Origin: Bacteroidales bacterium
GTDB lineage: Bacteria > Bacteroidota > Bacteroidia > Bacteroidales > P3
DNA length: 64,000 nucleotides
Assembly: GCA_041673165.1 (NCBI GenBank)
Contig: JBAYYI010000003.1
Span: 2,090-66,089 of the forward strand
Direction of reading: 5' to 3'
Below are positions 17,701 through 27,158 of this stretch, piece after piece; positions within the stretch are counted from its first letter, which is position 1; each line of letters opens with the position of its first letter. Made by a program: the position numbers and the translations under genes. The notes beneath the pieces are model-generated. The model was not told the origin of the DNA and ran no database searches. It worked only from the letters and a program-made list of their open reading frames with translations.

Positions 17701-19032
17701 TTATCTATTTGACTTTTGACGTCTTAGTTCTGAAATATTGTTTTTTGAAAGACGAAGCATATCAAGAAGAGGTCGTCCAGCAGGGCAAGTATAAAGACAG
17801 GTTCCACATTCTATGCAGTCCATTGCAAATGCTTTTTCTGCATCTTCCCAAAGACGGTTCTCTGCTAACTGAGCAATAGTTATTGGCTCTAAGCCCATTG
17901 GACAAACAGTAATACATTTACCACAACGCAAACAATTCGTTTCTTCCTTTCGAGAAGATTCCTTATTTGACATAACTAAGATTGCAGAAGTCGTTTTAAC
18001 AGTTGGAGCTGATAGGTCGCTAATTGCTTTTCCCATCATTGGCCCTCCACTAATAACCTTACCTGTATCTTCTGGAAGTCCTCCGAAAGCATCTATTATC
18101 GATTGCATTGGAGTTCCCACCCTTACTAATAGGTTCTTTCTTTGTTTAACACTCTTTCCTGTTAGGGTTAGGACGTTCTCAATTAGTGGTTTGTTTTTTT
18201 GAACAGCATGATATATTGCTTCTGCTGTTCCAATATTATTTACTACACAACCTACTTCAATAGGGAGCTTACCACTTGGCACCTCTCTTTTGGTTAGTGC
18301 ATATATTAATTGCTTTTCTGCTCCTTGAGGATATTTTGTTTTAAGTGGGACAATCTCAATCCCATCAAATTGCTTAGCCAATTCTGTCATTCGCTTAATA
18401 GCAACTGGCTTATTTTCTTCAATTCCAACTAAGGCTTTCGTAACACCTAATGCTTTTTTCATTATTTGAATCCCAATTAAGGACTCTTCAACGCTTTCAG
18501 ACATTAATCTATAGTCGGATGTTAGGTAAGGCTCACATTCAGCCGCATTAATAATAAGAAATTCAGCTGTTTTGCCAGGAGGAACCATATATTTGATATG
18601 AGTAGGGAAGGCAGCTCCACCTAAACCCACAACACCCATTTCTTTTATCTTTTCAATTATCTCTTTTGAGTCAAGCTTAATTTCTCTTATTATATCTGTT
18701 GAATTATCAATCCCCTCCATCCACTCATCTTCTTCAACTTCAATATAAAGTGCTTGTTTCTTATAGCCAGTGAAGTCGGTTGCAAAATCAATCTTAGATA
18801 TTATTCCAGTATATGGAGAATGTGTATTAGCACAAATAAACTGTTCTGCCTTAGCAATAAGTTGTCCTGTCTTTACTCTATCTCCTTTTTGAACAATAAG
18901 AGTTGAGGGTGCTCCCAAATGTTGAGAAACAAAAACAACGCCCTGTTTTGGTAAAGGAAAAACTTCAATTGAACAATCATTAGTTAACTTATTTTCTTCT
19001 GGGTGAGCTCCACCCCTGCGAAATGTCTTCAT
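17701..19032 (-). CDS. rnfC: Rnf electron-transport complex subunit C
   Basis: 443 aa. GLGGAAFPTHIK (NADH/FMN site-like) and two ferredoxin motifs, CLRCGKCITVCP and CIECGTCLYTCP. Confidence 0.9.
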   Translation of the reverse strand: MKTFRRGGAHPEENKLTNDCSIEVFPLPKQGVVFVSQHLGAPSTLIVQKGDRVKTGQLIAKAEQFICANTHSPYTGIISKIDFATDFTGYKKQALYIEVEEDEWMEGIDNSTDIIREIKLDSKEIIEKIKEMGVVGLGGAAFPTHIKYMVPPGKTAEFLIINAAECEPYLTSDYRLMSESVEESLIGIQIMKKALGVTKALVGIEENKPVAIKRMTELAKQFDGIEIVPLKTKYPQGAEKQLIYALTKREVPSGKLPIEVGCVVNNIGTAEAIYHAVQKNKPLIENVLTLTGKSVKQRKNLLVRVGTPMQSIIDAFGGLPEDTGKVISGGPMMGKAISDLSAPTVKTTSAILVMSNKESSRKEETNCLRCGKCITVCPMGLEPITIAQLAENRLWEDAEKAFAMDCIECGTCLYTCPAGRPLLDMLRLSKNNISELRRQKSNR

Positions 19033-19916
19033 TGCTTTGATAGTTTTGTTAAATTTACTTGATTTGCTTTAGGAGTCTCGATTGTTTCTTTTTCCTTTTT
19101 TGGAGGGAAGTTGACTTCGTGAATAGCTCCTGTTGGACATACCTCAACACATTTGCGGCAAAGCTTACATTTATTAAAATCAATGTAAGCAAGATTATTT
19201 GTTAGGGTTATTGCTTCAAAAGGACAAGCCTTTACACATAGACCACAACCAATACAACTTACATTACAGTTTTTCTTTGCAATAACGCCTTTCTCAGTGT
19301 TTACACAACTTACAAATACTCTTCTATTCTTTATTCCTTTATTCCTTAACTCAATAACCTTTCTTGGACATTCCTTAACGCAAGCACCACAAGCAACACA
19401 TTTCTCCTCATCCACAACTGGAAGAAGGGTAATTGGGTCAATATGTATTGCATCGAAAGGACATACCGCAACGCAGTTCCCTAAACCTAAGCAAGAATTA
19501 GGACAACCTCCCTCTGATGCCATATTTAGGTGAGCATATAAGCAATCCTGAACGCCTTCATACTTAACTTTAGATGTTGTGTTGATTTTTCCCCCATTAC
19601 AACGAATAACTGCAATTTGAGGAGCAGCTTTACTTGCTTCCAAGCCCATGATTTTTGCGATATCTTCCATTACTATATTCCCTCCAACTGGGCATCGCAT
19701 ACCATCAAGGGAATTGTTCTTTACAATGTTTTCAGCCATTGAACGGCAGCCTGCATAACCACATCCCCCACAATTAGCTCCTGGGAGCATATCTGTTAGG
19801 GTATCTATTCGCGGGTCTTCAATTACTTTAAACTTTTGGGCAACAAAATAAAGAATTATAGCTGCTAAGGTTGCAGTCAAGACCAAAACCAAAATTGAGA
19901 AAATAATAGTTGACAT
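19029..19916 (-). CDS. rnfB: Rnf electron-transport complex subunit B (polyferredoxin)
   Basis: 295 aa. N-terminal TM helix, CGGCGYAGC, and several CxxCxxCxxxCP clusters. The stop overlaps the rnfC start. Confidence 0.9.
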   Translation of the reverse strand: MSTIIFSILVLVLTATLAAIILYFVAQKFKVIEDPRIDTLTDMLPGANCGGCGYAGCRSMAENIVKNNSLDGMRCPVGGNIVMEDIAKIMGLEASKAAPQIAVIRCNGGKINTTSKVKYEGVQDCLYAHLNMASEGGCPNSCLGLGNCVAVCPFDAIHIDPITLLPVVDEEKCVACGACVKECPRKVIELRNKGIKNRRVFVSCVNTEKGVIAKKNCNVSCIGCGLCVKACPFEAITLTNNLAYIDFNKCKLCRKCVEVCPTGAIHEVNFPPKKEKETIETPKANQVNLTKLSKQ

Positions 19917-19953
19917 AATATCTTAAACTTTATGTAGATAAAATTACAAGATG

Positions 19954-19961
19954 CAAAATTA
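19954..19961 (-). promoter_or_regulatory. -7 box TAATTTTG (rnf operon)
   Basis: Plus-strand CAAAATTA, 38 nt upstream of the rnfB start at 19916. Confidence 0.5.
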
Positions 19962-20404
19962 CAATAAAATAATATTAATTCCTCTTAAAACTACTTTTAA
20001 TTGCCTTTGAGTATGCGTATTAAAGTTAAAAAACGAGTCGTTATATTATCTTATTTTATTGATTGATTGCAAAGTAAATAGATAAATTCCCTATATCCAT
20101 TAATAATATTGAAATAGTAATAATATATCCATAAGACAAGACTATAAACAATAAGAATATCGAACTTCAAATATTTTTTTAATAAATCAAGGGGCAGAGG
20201 TTGGCACTAAGCTAACTTGTCTTAGTGCAACTCTGAACCTATTAAAGAACATTTACTGAGTGTCATCATTTCACTCTACTAAGGGGGTGTGAAACGGTGA
20301 AACAAGATTCATTTTCAATAGATTGCAAAAAGTAAGTGAAACAAACGTCAAAAAGAGGCGAAAATGGGCAAAAAAATCTGTAGAATTAAAAAGCATTTAC
20401 AGTG

Positions 20405-20530
20405 TCAAAGAATCGACTTAATGAATCAAAGAAAGGATTTCCTTAATCAAAGAAATAAAAAATTAGATCAAAGAACTAATCTCGTGAATCAAAGATCTAA
20501 TTTCTTGAATCAAAGACTTAGAAAACTAAA
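20405..20530 (+). repeat. Six tandem units at an exact 21-bp step with conserved word TCAAAGA
   Basis: TCAAAG starts at 20405, 20426, 20447, 20468, 20489 and 20510. The array abuts the stop of the NlpC/P60 gene (20535). Confidence 0.9.
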
Positions 20531-20534
20531 ACCC

Positions 20535-21317
20535 CTATAAGTATCTTTTGATTTTATTTAGTTGGTGGCTGTAAGTGGAAGAATGTTGAGGTAGTATTCC
20601 TTTATTATCAATTTGGTCTATTCTTACTTGACCAGATGCATGAATGATTAGATTGGATCCTATATATATTCCTACATGAGTGATTTTACCTTCTGTGTTA
20701 TTAAAAAAACATAAGTCTCCTTTTTCGGCTTCTTCGAGTGTTTTTACTTCTTCTCCTTGGGTTATTTGGTCTTTGGCGTCTCTTAGTAGATTTACTCCAA
20801 TTTGTTTATAACACATTTGAGTAAAGCCTGAACAATCTATTCCATAAAGGCTTTTCCCTCCCCATAAATAAGGAGCAGAAACGTATTTTAGGGCTATAGT
20901 AATAAGAGAAAGTATATTGGTTTTTGTTTTATTTATAGATTTAGGTTCTAATATTTGAAAAATTATATCTCCTAATTGGAATTTCTCTCCTATAAGCTGG
21001 GAACCTAAATATATAGGATAAATTATTCTCTGCTTTGTCTTTTGATTGGTTTGACTGATATAAGTTTGATCTAGGGTAACTATTTGTTTGGATGTTGAAG
21101 TGTAGGCATTGTAGTCTGTCTGACTTATTTCGATGGTTTGCTTTTGGTCAATCCAACCCACATACTGGTCATCAAAGTTTTCGATTAGGATTTTGTCTTC
21201 TATCTGCTCAAGAATCTTAAAGCAGTCGCCAAAGATTAGTTGGCTTATCATTTCACTTCTCTCGCTATTTTCTTTCCTAATAGGAACAATTGCTATGTGG
21301 CAAAATCCGTATCGCAT
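20535..21317 (-). CDS. NlpC/P60 (C40) family peptidoglycan peptidase with N-terminal SH3-like region
   Basis: 260 aa. YLWGGKSLYGIDCSGFTQMCY (catalytic Cys), ITHVGIYIG and IHASG (His). Confidence 0.8.
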   Translation of the reverse strand: MRYGFCHIAIVPIRKENSERSEMISQLIFGDCFKILEQIEDKILIENFDDQYVGWIDQKQTIEISQTDYNAYTSTSKQIVTLDQTYISQTNQKTKQRIIYPIYLGSQLIGEKFQLGDIIFQILEPKSINKTKTNILSLITIALKYVSAPYLWGGKSLYGIDCSGFTQMCYKQIGVNLLRDAKDQITQGEEVKTLEEAEKGDLCFFNNTEGKITHVGIYIGSNLIIHASGQVRIDQIDNKGILPQHSSTYSHQLNKIKRYL

Positions 21318-21319
21318 TT

Positions 21320-21904
21320 CTATATATTATTTGTTTCTATTGCGTAGATTATTTTTTCTATTATTCGGTCTTCATCGTTTAGTTGTGGGTTGTACTTTGA
21401 GCGTAGGTTATAGCCAAATATCTTTCCTAAGGATTGATAGAAGAAAGCCCTAAAACTACCTCTTAGCTCCTTTACTATGGTATAGGAATCGCTGCCTGTT
21501 TCTCTATCAACCAATCTTATTAAGACCTTGCCTTGGCTTCTTGAAAGCTTCTTTAGAGTGTTTCCAAACTTAAGATTAATTTCTTCTTCTGCTTGTTTCA
21601 TTAGTCCTTTTCTTTGCTTCTCAGGCTTGTCTTTCATTGCTATGCTATAAGATTCAAGTAGCTTTCCTGCTTGTTTGGCAAAGGGATAGGTCTTCTTAAC
21701 ATTGCGTATTAGCTTTGCATATTTCGCTTTTTCAGCATCGGTTAGAGGAGCAACATATCCCGATATATTTACTTCTTTTAAGTAGCTCATAGGAATTGTG
21801 TCGCCATCCATAACGGTAGCAAAAGTAACTATCCTGTTTTGTTGGCTATAACCAATTATTTGTATTGAGAACAAGAATATTATTATTAAACTAAGCTTTT
21901 TCAT
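21320..21904 (-). CDS. Hypothetical secreted protein (DUF4294-like)
   Basis: 194 aa with a signal peptide. The pattern ATVMDGDTIPMSYLKEVNI ... IRNVKKTYPFAK recalls a conserved Bacteroidota family of unknown function. The family assignment is from memory only. Confidence 0.5.
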   Translation of the reverse strand: MKKLSLIIIFLFSIQIIGYSQQNRIVTFATVMDGDTIPMSYLKEVNISGYVAPLTDAEKAKYAKLIRNVKKTYPFAKQAGKLLESYSIAMKDKPEKQRKGLMKQAEEEINLKFGNTLKKLSRSQGKVLIRLVDRETGSDSYTIVKELRGSFRAFFYQSLGKIFGYNLRSKYNPQLNDEDRIIEKIIYAIETNNI

Positions 21905-21951
21905 ATCTTTCAGTATTTATTCTTTTAGTTTAACAATAACTATGCCAAAGC

Positions 21952-23196
21952 TTATTTTTCCATACTATTGAACTTCCCTTCAAACCTTGCAAACTCTTTT
22001 TTAGCAAACTTTTGGTCTATAGTTATTTCTTTCTTATCAGTTTCTGGAGTTTCATACATTAGGTCTGTCATAACATTCTCTATTAAACCTCTTAAACCTC
22101 TTGCTCCAAGTTGATACTCTATTGCTTTTTCAACAAAGAAGTCTAAGGCATCGGAAGAGAACTTAAGCTTAACTCCATCCATTTCAAAGAGTTTCTTATA
22201 TTGTTTTATTATCGCATTCTTTGGCTCGGTAAGTATTCTCTTTAGTGCTTCTGCATTTAGTGGGTCAAGATGAGTTAGGACAGGGAACCTTCCCACAAGC
22301 TCAGGTATTAGTCCAAATTTCCTAATATCTTGAGGTTGTATATATTTTAAGATATTCTCTTTATCCACATCTTCATCTAAGTTTTTATTGAACTTAAACC
22401 CTATTGCATTTGCCTTTAGTCTTGTAGTAATAATCCTATCTATATTGTTGAACGCTCCCGCTGATATAAAAAGTATGTTCTTTGTGTTGACAGCTGTTAG
22501 CTTTTGGTCTGGGTGCTTTCTTCCTCCTTGTGGTGGAACGTGAACTATGCTTCCTTCCAAAAGTTTTAGAAGAGCTTGTTGAACTCCCTCTCCACTAACA
22601 TCTCTTGTTATTGAAGGGTTATCGCTCTTTCTTGCTATCTTATCTATTTCATCAATAAATACAATACCCTTTTCTGCTTTCTCAACATCATAGTCAGAGG
22701 CTTGAAGTAGTCTTGTCAATATAGTTTCAACATCTTCGCCAACATAGCCTGCCTCTGTTAGAACGGTAGCATCAGCAATTGCAAACGGAACATTTAACAT
22801 CCTTGCAACTGTTCTTGCTAAAAGAGTTTTACCTGTTCCTGTTTGTCCAACAATTATAATATTAGACTTATCAATCTCAATTTCTTCTGCATCATTTGAG
22901 CTACTAATTGTGTGGTTAAGTCTTTTGTAGTGATTATAGACCGCAACTGAAAGCACCTTCTTAGCATCCTCCTGTCCAATAACATATTGGTCAAGATATT
23001 CCTTTATTTCTTTTGGTTTCTTTATTTCAAGGCTTGCAACGTATTTAGAGTTCTTTGTTTGCTTGTCCTCTCTCTTCATTTCGTGAACCTTATCAATGCA
23101 ACTATCGCAAATGTTTGCTTCATAAGCATTGACCATAAAAGCAACTTCATTTTCTGCTTTTCCACAGAATGAACAATGTATCTTTGTTTTTGCCAT
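21952..23196 (-). CDS. clpX: ATP-dependent Clp protease ATP-binding subunit ClpX
   Basis: 414 aa. N-terminal C4 zinc finger (CSFCGK...CDSC), [28 protein letters not shown], and the pore loop [11 protein letters not shown]. Confidence 0.95.
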   Translation of the reverse strand: MAKTKIHCSFCGKAENEVAFMVNAYEANICDSCIDKVHEMKREDKQTKNSKYVASLEIKKPKEIKEYLDQYVIGQEDAKKVLSVAVYNHYKRLNHTISSSNDAEEIEIDKSNIIIVGQTGTGKTLLARTVARMLNVPFAIADATVLTEAGYVGEDVETILTRLLQASDYDVEKAEKGIVFIDEIDKIARKSDNPSITRDVSGEGVQQALLKLLEGSIVHVPPQGGRKHPDQKLTAVNTKNILFISAGAFNNIDRIITTRLKANAIGFKFNKNLDEDVDKENILKYIQPQDIRKFGLIPELVGRFPVLTHLDPLNAEALKRILTEPKNAIIKQYKKLFEMDGVKLKFSSDALDFFVEKAIEYQLGARGLRGLIENVMTDLMYETPETDKKEITIDQKFAKKEFARFEGKFNSMEK

Positions 23197-23200
23197 TAAT

Positions 23201-24472
23201 TTATCTTTTTTCTGTAATTTTCTTCCCCATCTTATGACCTTTTATTGAATAGAAGGCAATGAATAGATAGCAAGGTATTAATATTAAATAAGGTATTTGT
23301 CTATTGCCAATTTCTGTTGCCCAAGCTCCATAGATTAGTGGCATAACTGCTCCACCTGCAATAGCCATAATTAAAAGGGCAGAAGCAACAGCTGTGTGTT
23401 TTCCAAGTTTGTCTATAGCTAAAGGCCAAATTCCTGGCCACATTAGAGAATGAGCAAAACTTAGAAGAATAATAAATACTATTGAAAGAACGCCCTGTGT
23501 CATAATAGCTGCTATAACAAAGACAAGTCCTAAGGCTGAGCATATTGTTAGAGCTTTGCTTTGAGATATGTATTTAGGTACAAGTATTATTCCTAATATA
23601 TATCCAATTGTTAGTGCAATAAGACTAAGAGTTCCGAGCATAGGAGCAATATCTTTTGCAATTCCTTGACTTACGGCATAGAGTCCAAGAGTGTCAATTG
23701 CAATAACTTCAATTCCTACATAGAGAAAGAGAGCTAAGACTCCCAACCATAGATATGTGAAACTAAATATACTTCTTTCTTTATGTGTGATTGCATCGTA
23801 TTCAATTTCTTCTTCATTTTTAACCTCTGGAAGTTTTGCCAAAAGAACCATTATTGCCAAAAGGAATAATCCAATTGCAATTGCAATATAAGGAGGTATT
23901 ATTCTTTGAGTTAGAAGGTTAAGTTCTAAAATCCTTGCATCACCACTTAGGGTTTGAATATGCTGACTTAGAGCAGTCATATCTGAAAACAAGACCTTAG
24001 AAAGCCACAAAATGCCAATCATTCCAGCAATTTTATTGAAAAGTCCCATTATGCTCATTCTCTTTGCAGCCGATTCAATGGGGCCAAGAATAGTAACATA
24101 AGGGTTTACGGCAGTTTGTAAGAGTGCAAGACCAGTTCCTTGTAGGAATAGCCCGACAAGAAAAATAATGTAGTTTCTTTCTATTGCAGCAGGAATAAAA
24201 ACCAATGAGCCAATAGCCATAACCATAAGTCCAAGAGCCATTCCTTTTGCAAATCCAGTCTTTTTCAAAACCCAAGACGAAGGCAGAGCCATAACGAAAT
24301 AGGATATATAGAAAGCAAATGTAACTAAATAAGCCTGAGAATCTGATAGCTCACAAGCCTCACGAAGGAAAGGAATTAAAACGCTATTTAGCCAAGTTAT
24401 GAACCCAAAAATAAAATAAAGGATACCAATTATGGACAAGCTAAAAATCAAACTATTTTTTTTCTCTTTCAT
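23201..24472 (-). CDS. MFS sugar transporter (glucose/galactose or fucose:H+ symporter family)
   Basis: The track ORF extends to 24625. I moved the start to the ATG at 24472 ([36 protein letters not shown]) because a TATATTTG -7 box (24497-24504) lies inside the longer form. It has 12 TM-like segments. Confidence 0.8.
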   Translation of the reverse strand: MKEKKNSLIFSLSIIGILYFIFGFITWLNSVLIPFLREACELSDSQAYLVTFAFYISYFVMALPSSWVLKKTGFAKGMALGLMVMAIGSLVFIPAAIERNYIIFLVGLFLQGTGLALLQTAVNPYVTILGPIESAAKRMSIMGLFNKIAGMIGILWLSKVLFSDMTALSQHIQTLSGDARILELNLLTQRIIPPYIAIAIGLFLLAIMVLLAKLPEVKNEEEIEYDAITHKERSIFSFTYLWLGVLALFLYVGIEVIAIDTLGLYAVSQGIAKDIAPMLGTLSLIALTIGYILGIILVPKYISQSKALTICSALGLVFVIAAIMTQGVLSIVFIILLSFAHSLMWPGIWPLAIDKLGKHTAVASALLIMAIAGGAVMPLIYGAWATEIGNRQIPYLILIPCYLFIAFYSIKGHKMGKKITEKR

Positions 24473-24496
24473 AAGTTTTTCTGTTTTTTGAAGATG

Positions 24497-24504
24497 CAAA
24501 TATA
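24497..24504 (-). promoter_or_regulatory. -7 box TATATTTG (MFS transporter-clpX unit)
   Basis: Plus-strand CAAATATA, 25 nt upstream of the ATG at 24472. Confidence 0.5.
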
Positions 24505-24535
24505 GGAAAAACAATGATGTAAAGGAGAAATTTCT

Positions 24536-24543
24536 TAATTTTG
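24536..24543 (+). promoter_or_regulatory. -7 box TAATTTTG (GH3 hexosaminidase), divergent from the MFS promoter
   Basis: TAnnTTTG match 42 nt upstream of the ATG at 24586. Confidence 0.5.
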
Positions 24544-24585
24544 CCAACAATAAGAGAAGACTAATCAACCAAATAAGACAAGATA

Positions 24586-25716
24586 ATGATAAAGAGAATC
24601 GCAACCCTATTCGCCCTAACAACAATAATCCTCTTTCCTTTCATCCTTAATGCTCAAAACAATTCAAAAAAGGATAGAGAGCTTAGAGAGAAAATAGCAC
24701 AGATGCTTATTATTGGCTTTAGGGGTATGGAGCTTAGCCCCAAAAGTGAAATATACGGACTAATTGCAAAAGAAAAGATAGGAGGCGTTATATTATTTGA
24801 TTACGATGTGCCGAGTAAAAAGCCAAAAAGAAATATAGAAAACCCAGATCAGCTAAGGTCTCTTTGTTCGGAACTTCAAAAGCTGGGCAATAAAAGCCTT
24901 TTTATTTCAATTGATCAAGAGGGAGGAAAGGTAAGTAGGTTGAAAGAAAAGTATGGATTTCCACCAAGCGTATCCCAACAATTCTTAGGCGACAATAATA
25001 ACCCATCTCTCACAAAAGAATGGGCGTCACGCTCAGCAAGAAATCTCAAATCCTTAGGAATAAATCTTAATTTCACACCTTCTGTTGATGTAAACATTAA
25101 TCCTGACTGTCCAATAATCGGGAAATTAGAAAGGAGTTTTAGTAGTGATGCTCAAATGGTGGTTAAACACGCCAAAATTGTAATAGAAGAACATAGTAAA
25201 TTAGGAATAACAACAACTCTTAAGCATTTCCCTGGTCATGGCTCTTCTAAATCAGACACTCATAAAGGAATCGCAGATATAACAAGCACCTACGACGCTC
25301 AAGAGTTAGTCCCTTTCAAAGAACTAATCGAAGAAGGACTGGTTGATGTGGTTATGACTTCCCATGTCTTTAATGCAAATTTCGACTCACTCTATCCCTC
25401 AACAATGTCCTATAAAACCCTAACCAATATGTTGAAAGTTCAAATGGGCTTCAAAGGTATAATAGTTTCAGACGATATGGCAATGGGGGCAATTGCAAAA
25501 CAATATGACCTTGAAACTTGTTTGGAAAAAGCAATAAATGCAGGAGTTGATATGTTTATATTTTCAAATAACGGAGACAACTACGATAAGGAAATAGGCT
25601 ATAAAGCAATCGAAACAATATTCCAATTAGTTAAACAGGGCAAGGTAGATGAAAGAAAAATCTCTAACTCTTACGCCAAAATACTTAAACTAAAATCAGA
25701 TAAAGGACTTCAGTAA
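24586..25716 (+). CDS. Glycoside hydrolase family 3 beta-N-acetylhexosaminidase (NagZ-like), secreted
   Basis: 376 aa. Signal peptide, IDQEGGKVSRL, KHFPGHGSSKSDTH and GIIVSDDMAMGA. Confidence 0.8.
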   Translation: MIKRIATLFALTTIILFPFILNAQNNSKKDRELREKIAQMLIIGFRGMELSPKSEIYGLIAKEKIGGVILFDYDVPSKKPKRNIENPDQLRSLCSELQKLGNKSLFISIDQEGGKVSRLKEKYGFPPSVSQQFLGDNNNPSLTKEWASRSARNLKSLGINLNFTPSVDVNINPDCPIIGKLERSFSSDAQMVVKHAKIVIEEHSKLGITTTLKHFPGHGSSKSDTHKGIADITSTYDAQELVPFKELIEEGLVDVVMTSHVFNANFDSLYPSTMSYKTLTNMLKVQMGFKGIIVSDDMAMGAIAKQYDLETCLEKAINAGVDMFIFSNNGDNYDKEIGYKAIETIFQLVKQGKVDERKISNSYAKILKLKSDKGLQ

Positions 25717-25746
25717 AAGCCATTTTGAAAAAAGTAGAAAATTCCT

Positions 25747-25754
25747 TATCTTTG
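25747..25754 (+). promoter_or_regulatory. -7 box TATCTTTG (MscS-like gene)
   Basis: CCTTATCTTTGCAG, 31 nt upstream of the ATG at 25786. Confidence 0.55.
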
Positions 25755-25785
25755 CAGTTGTAAAACTAATTAACACTAAAAAAAT

Positions 25786-27006
25786 ATGGATTTCAAACCA
25801 ATTCTACAGAATATCGGACTCCACTCAGAGGGATTATTAATCTTCCTAAACACCATAATAAGTCTTTTTCTTATTGGTTTATTTGGCTGGATAGCATATA
25901 TGATAGCAAGAAAATACCTTGCACATCTAATTATTAAAATAGCAGGACATACCTCAACCGATTGGGATAACCTCCTTTTTGATAAGAAATTCTTCCGCCG
26001 TCTTGGATATCTAATTTCCGCCATAGTAATTCAAATAGGGCTAACCTCACTCGACTGGCAGTATATGGACATTATCCACAAATTCATATCAGCCTGGATA
26101 ACCTTTGCATCTGTCTTGCTTATTGGTTCTATTCTTGATGGGGTAAATAGGATATGGGAAAGCTACCCAATATCGAAAGAAAAACCACTAAAAATCTTTA
26201 CGCAAGTCTTGATGATATTTATATGGTGCGTTGCCTTAATAGTAGTAATCAGCATATTCACAGGAAAATCCCTACTCATATTACTTGGAGGACTAACAGC
26301 ATTTGCAGCAGTTCTAATCTTAGTTTTTCAAGACTCAATACTTGGCTTTGTGGCAGGCATTCAGCTAAGTGCAAACAATATGGTAAAGATAGGGGACTGG
26401 ATAGTTATGCAAAATAGGGGGGTTGATGGAGATGTTCTGGAAATCAACCTAACCACTGTTAAGGTTCAAAACTGGGACAAAACCATTACCACAATTCCAA
26501 CTCATAAATTAGTATCTGAATCTTTCACCAACTGGAGAGGGATGGAGGAGTCAGAAGGTAGGAGAATAAAACGTTCTATCAATATAGATATAAACACAAT
26601 CCATTACTTGACAGAACAGGAGATAGAAACTCTTAGAAAGTCTGAACTACTTAGAGACTACCTTGAAGAAAAGCTTAGATTCATTGAAGAGCATAATGCC
26701 TCACATAATACTTTACTTGACAAACGAAGACTAACAAATATAGGCACATTTAGAGAGTATCTTGATTCTTGGCTAAACACACGTCCTGATTTAAATCTTG
26801 AGATGACACATATGGTAAGGCAACTTCAACCAAGTGTAACAGGTGTGCCGATTGAAATTTATTGTTTCTCAGCAAAGCAAAGCTGGATAGAATATGAAAA
26901 AGTACAGTCTGACATCTTTGACCACGTCTTTGCAGTAATGGAATTATTCCACCTCAGAGCCTTCCAATATTCTTCAGGAACAGTTGCCGCATTAGACAAT
27001 AATTAA
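25786..27006 (+). CDS. Mechanosensitive ion channel family protein (MscS-like)
   Basis: 406 aa. N-terminal TM helices followed by the MscS beta-domain pattern KIGDWIVMQNRGVDGDVLEINLTTVKVQNWDKTITTIPTHKL. Confidence 0.8.
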   Translation: MDFKPILQNIGLHSEGLLIFLNTIISLFLIGLFGWIAYMIARKYLAHLIIKIAGHTSTDWDNLLFDKKFFRRLGYLISAIVIQIGLTSLDWQYMDIIHKFISAWITFASVLLIGSILDGVNRIWESYPISKEKPLKIFTQVLMIFIWCVALIVVISIFTGKSLLILLGGLTAFAAVLILVFQDSILGFVAGIQLSANNMVKIGDWIVMQNRGVDGDVLEINLTTVKVQNWDKTITTIPTHKLVSESFTNWRGMEESEGRRIKRSINIDINTIHYLTEQEIETLRKSELLRDYLEEKLRFIEEHNASHNTLLDKRRLTNIGTFREYLDSWLNTRPDLNLEMTHMVRQLQPSVTGVPIEIYCFSAKQSWIEYEKVQSDIFDHVFAVMELFHLRAFQYSSGTVAALDNN

Positions 27007-27010
27007 AAAA

Positions 27011-27090
27011 ATGAATCACTGAAAGGATTTTTTAGATCTTTGATCTAATTTTTTATTCCTTTGATTCAATAAATTCTTTCAGCGATTCAT
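27011..27090. repeat. 80-bp palindromic element containing an inverted copy of the 31-nt core
   Basis: ATGAATCACTGAAAGGATTT (27011-27030) versus the reverse complement of AAATTCTTTCAGCGATTCAT (27071-27090): 18 of 20 match. The centre holds AGATCTTTGATCT. The core copy lies on the minus strand at 27058-27089. Confidence 0.8.
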
Positions 27091-27158
27091 TTTTCTCTAT
27101 CCTAATACTGCGATTTAATCAAAGAAATTAGTAATTTTGTTGATTAATATGTTGTTTT

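Noticed and set aside
20405-20530. Possible CRISPR array, also considered for the arrays at 10152-10238, 44801-44882 and 60920-61245
   Set aside because: The units are only 21-22 bp in total. There is no alternation of a conserved repeat with unique spacers of 30 nt or more, and no cas genes in the window. The conserved part is a 7-17 nt word, which is not a CRISPR architecture.
24473-24625. 51-codon N-terminal extension of the MFS transporter ORF
   Set aside because: The extension is Leu/Ser-rich low-complexity sequence. It contains the predicted -7 box (24497-24504) and overlaps the divergent hexosaminidase start region. The internal ATG at 24472 gives a normal MFS N-terminus.
25776-26024. 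82-aa minus-strand ORF at the start of the MscS-like gene
   Set aside because: It overlaps the promoter and N-terminal TM region of a well-supported gene, and no motif was recognised.
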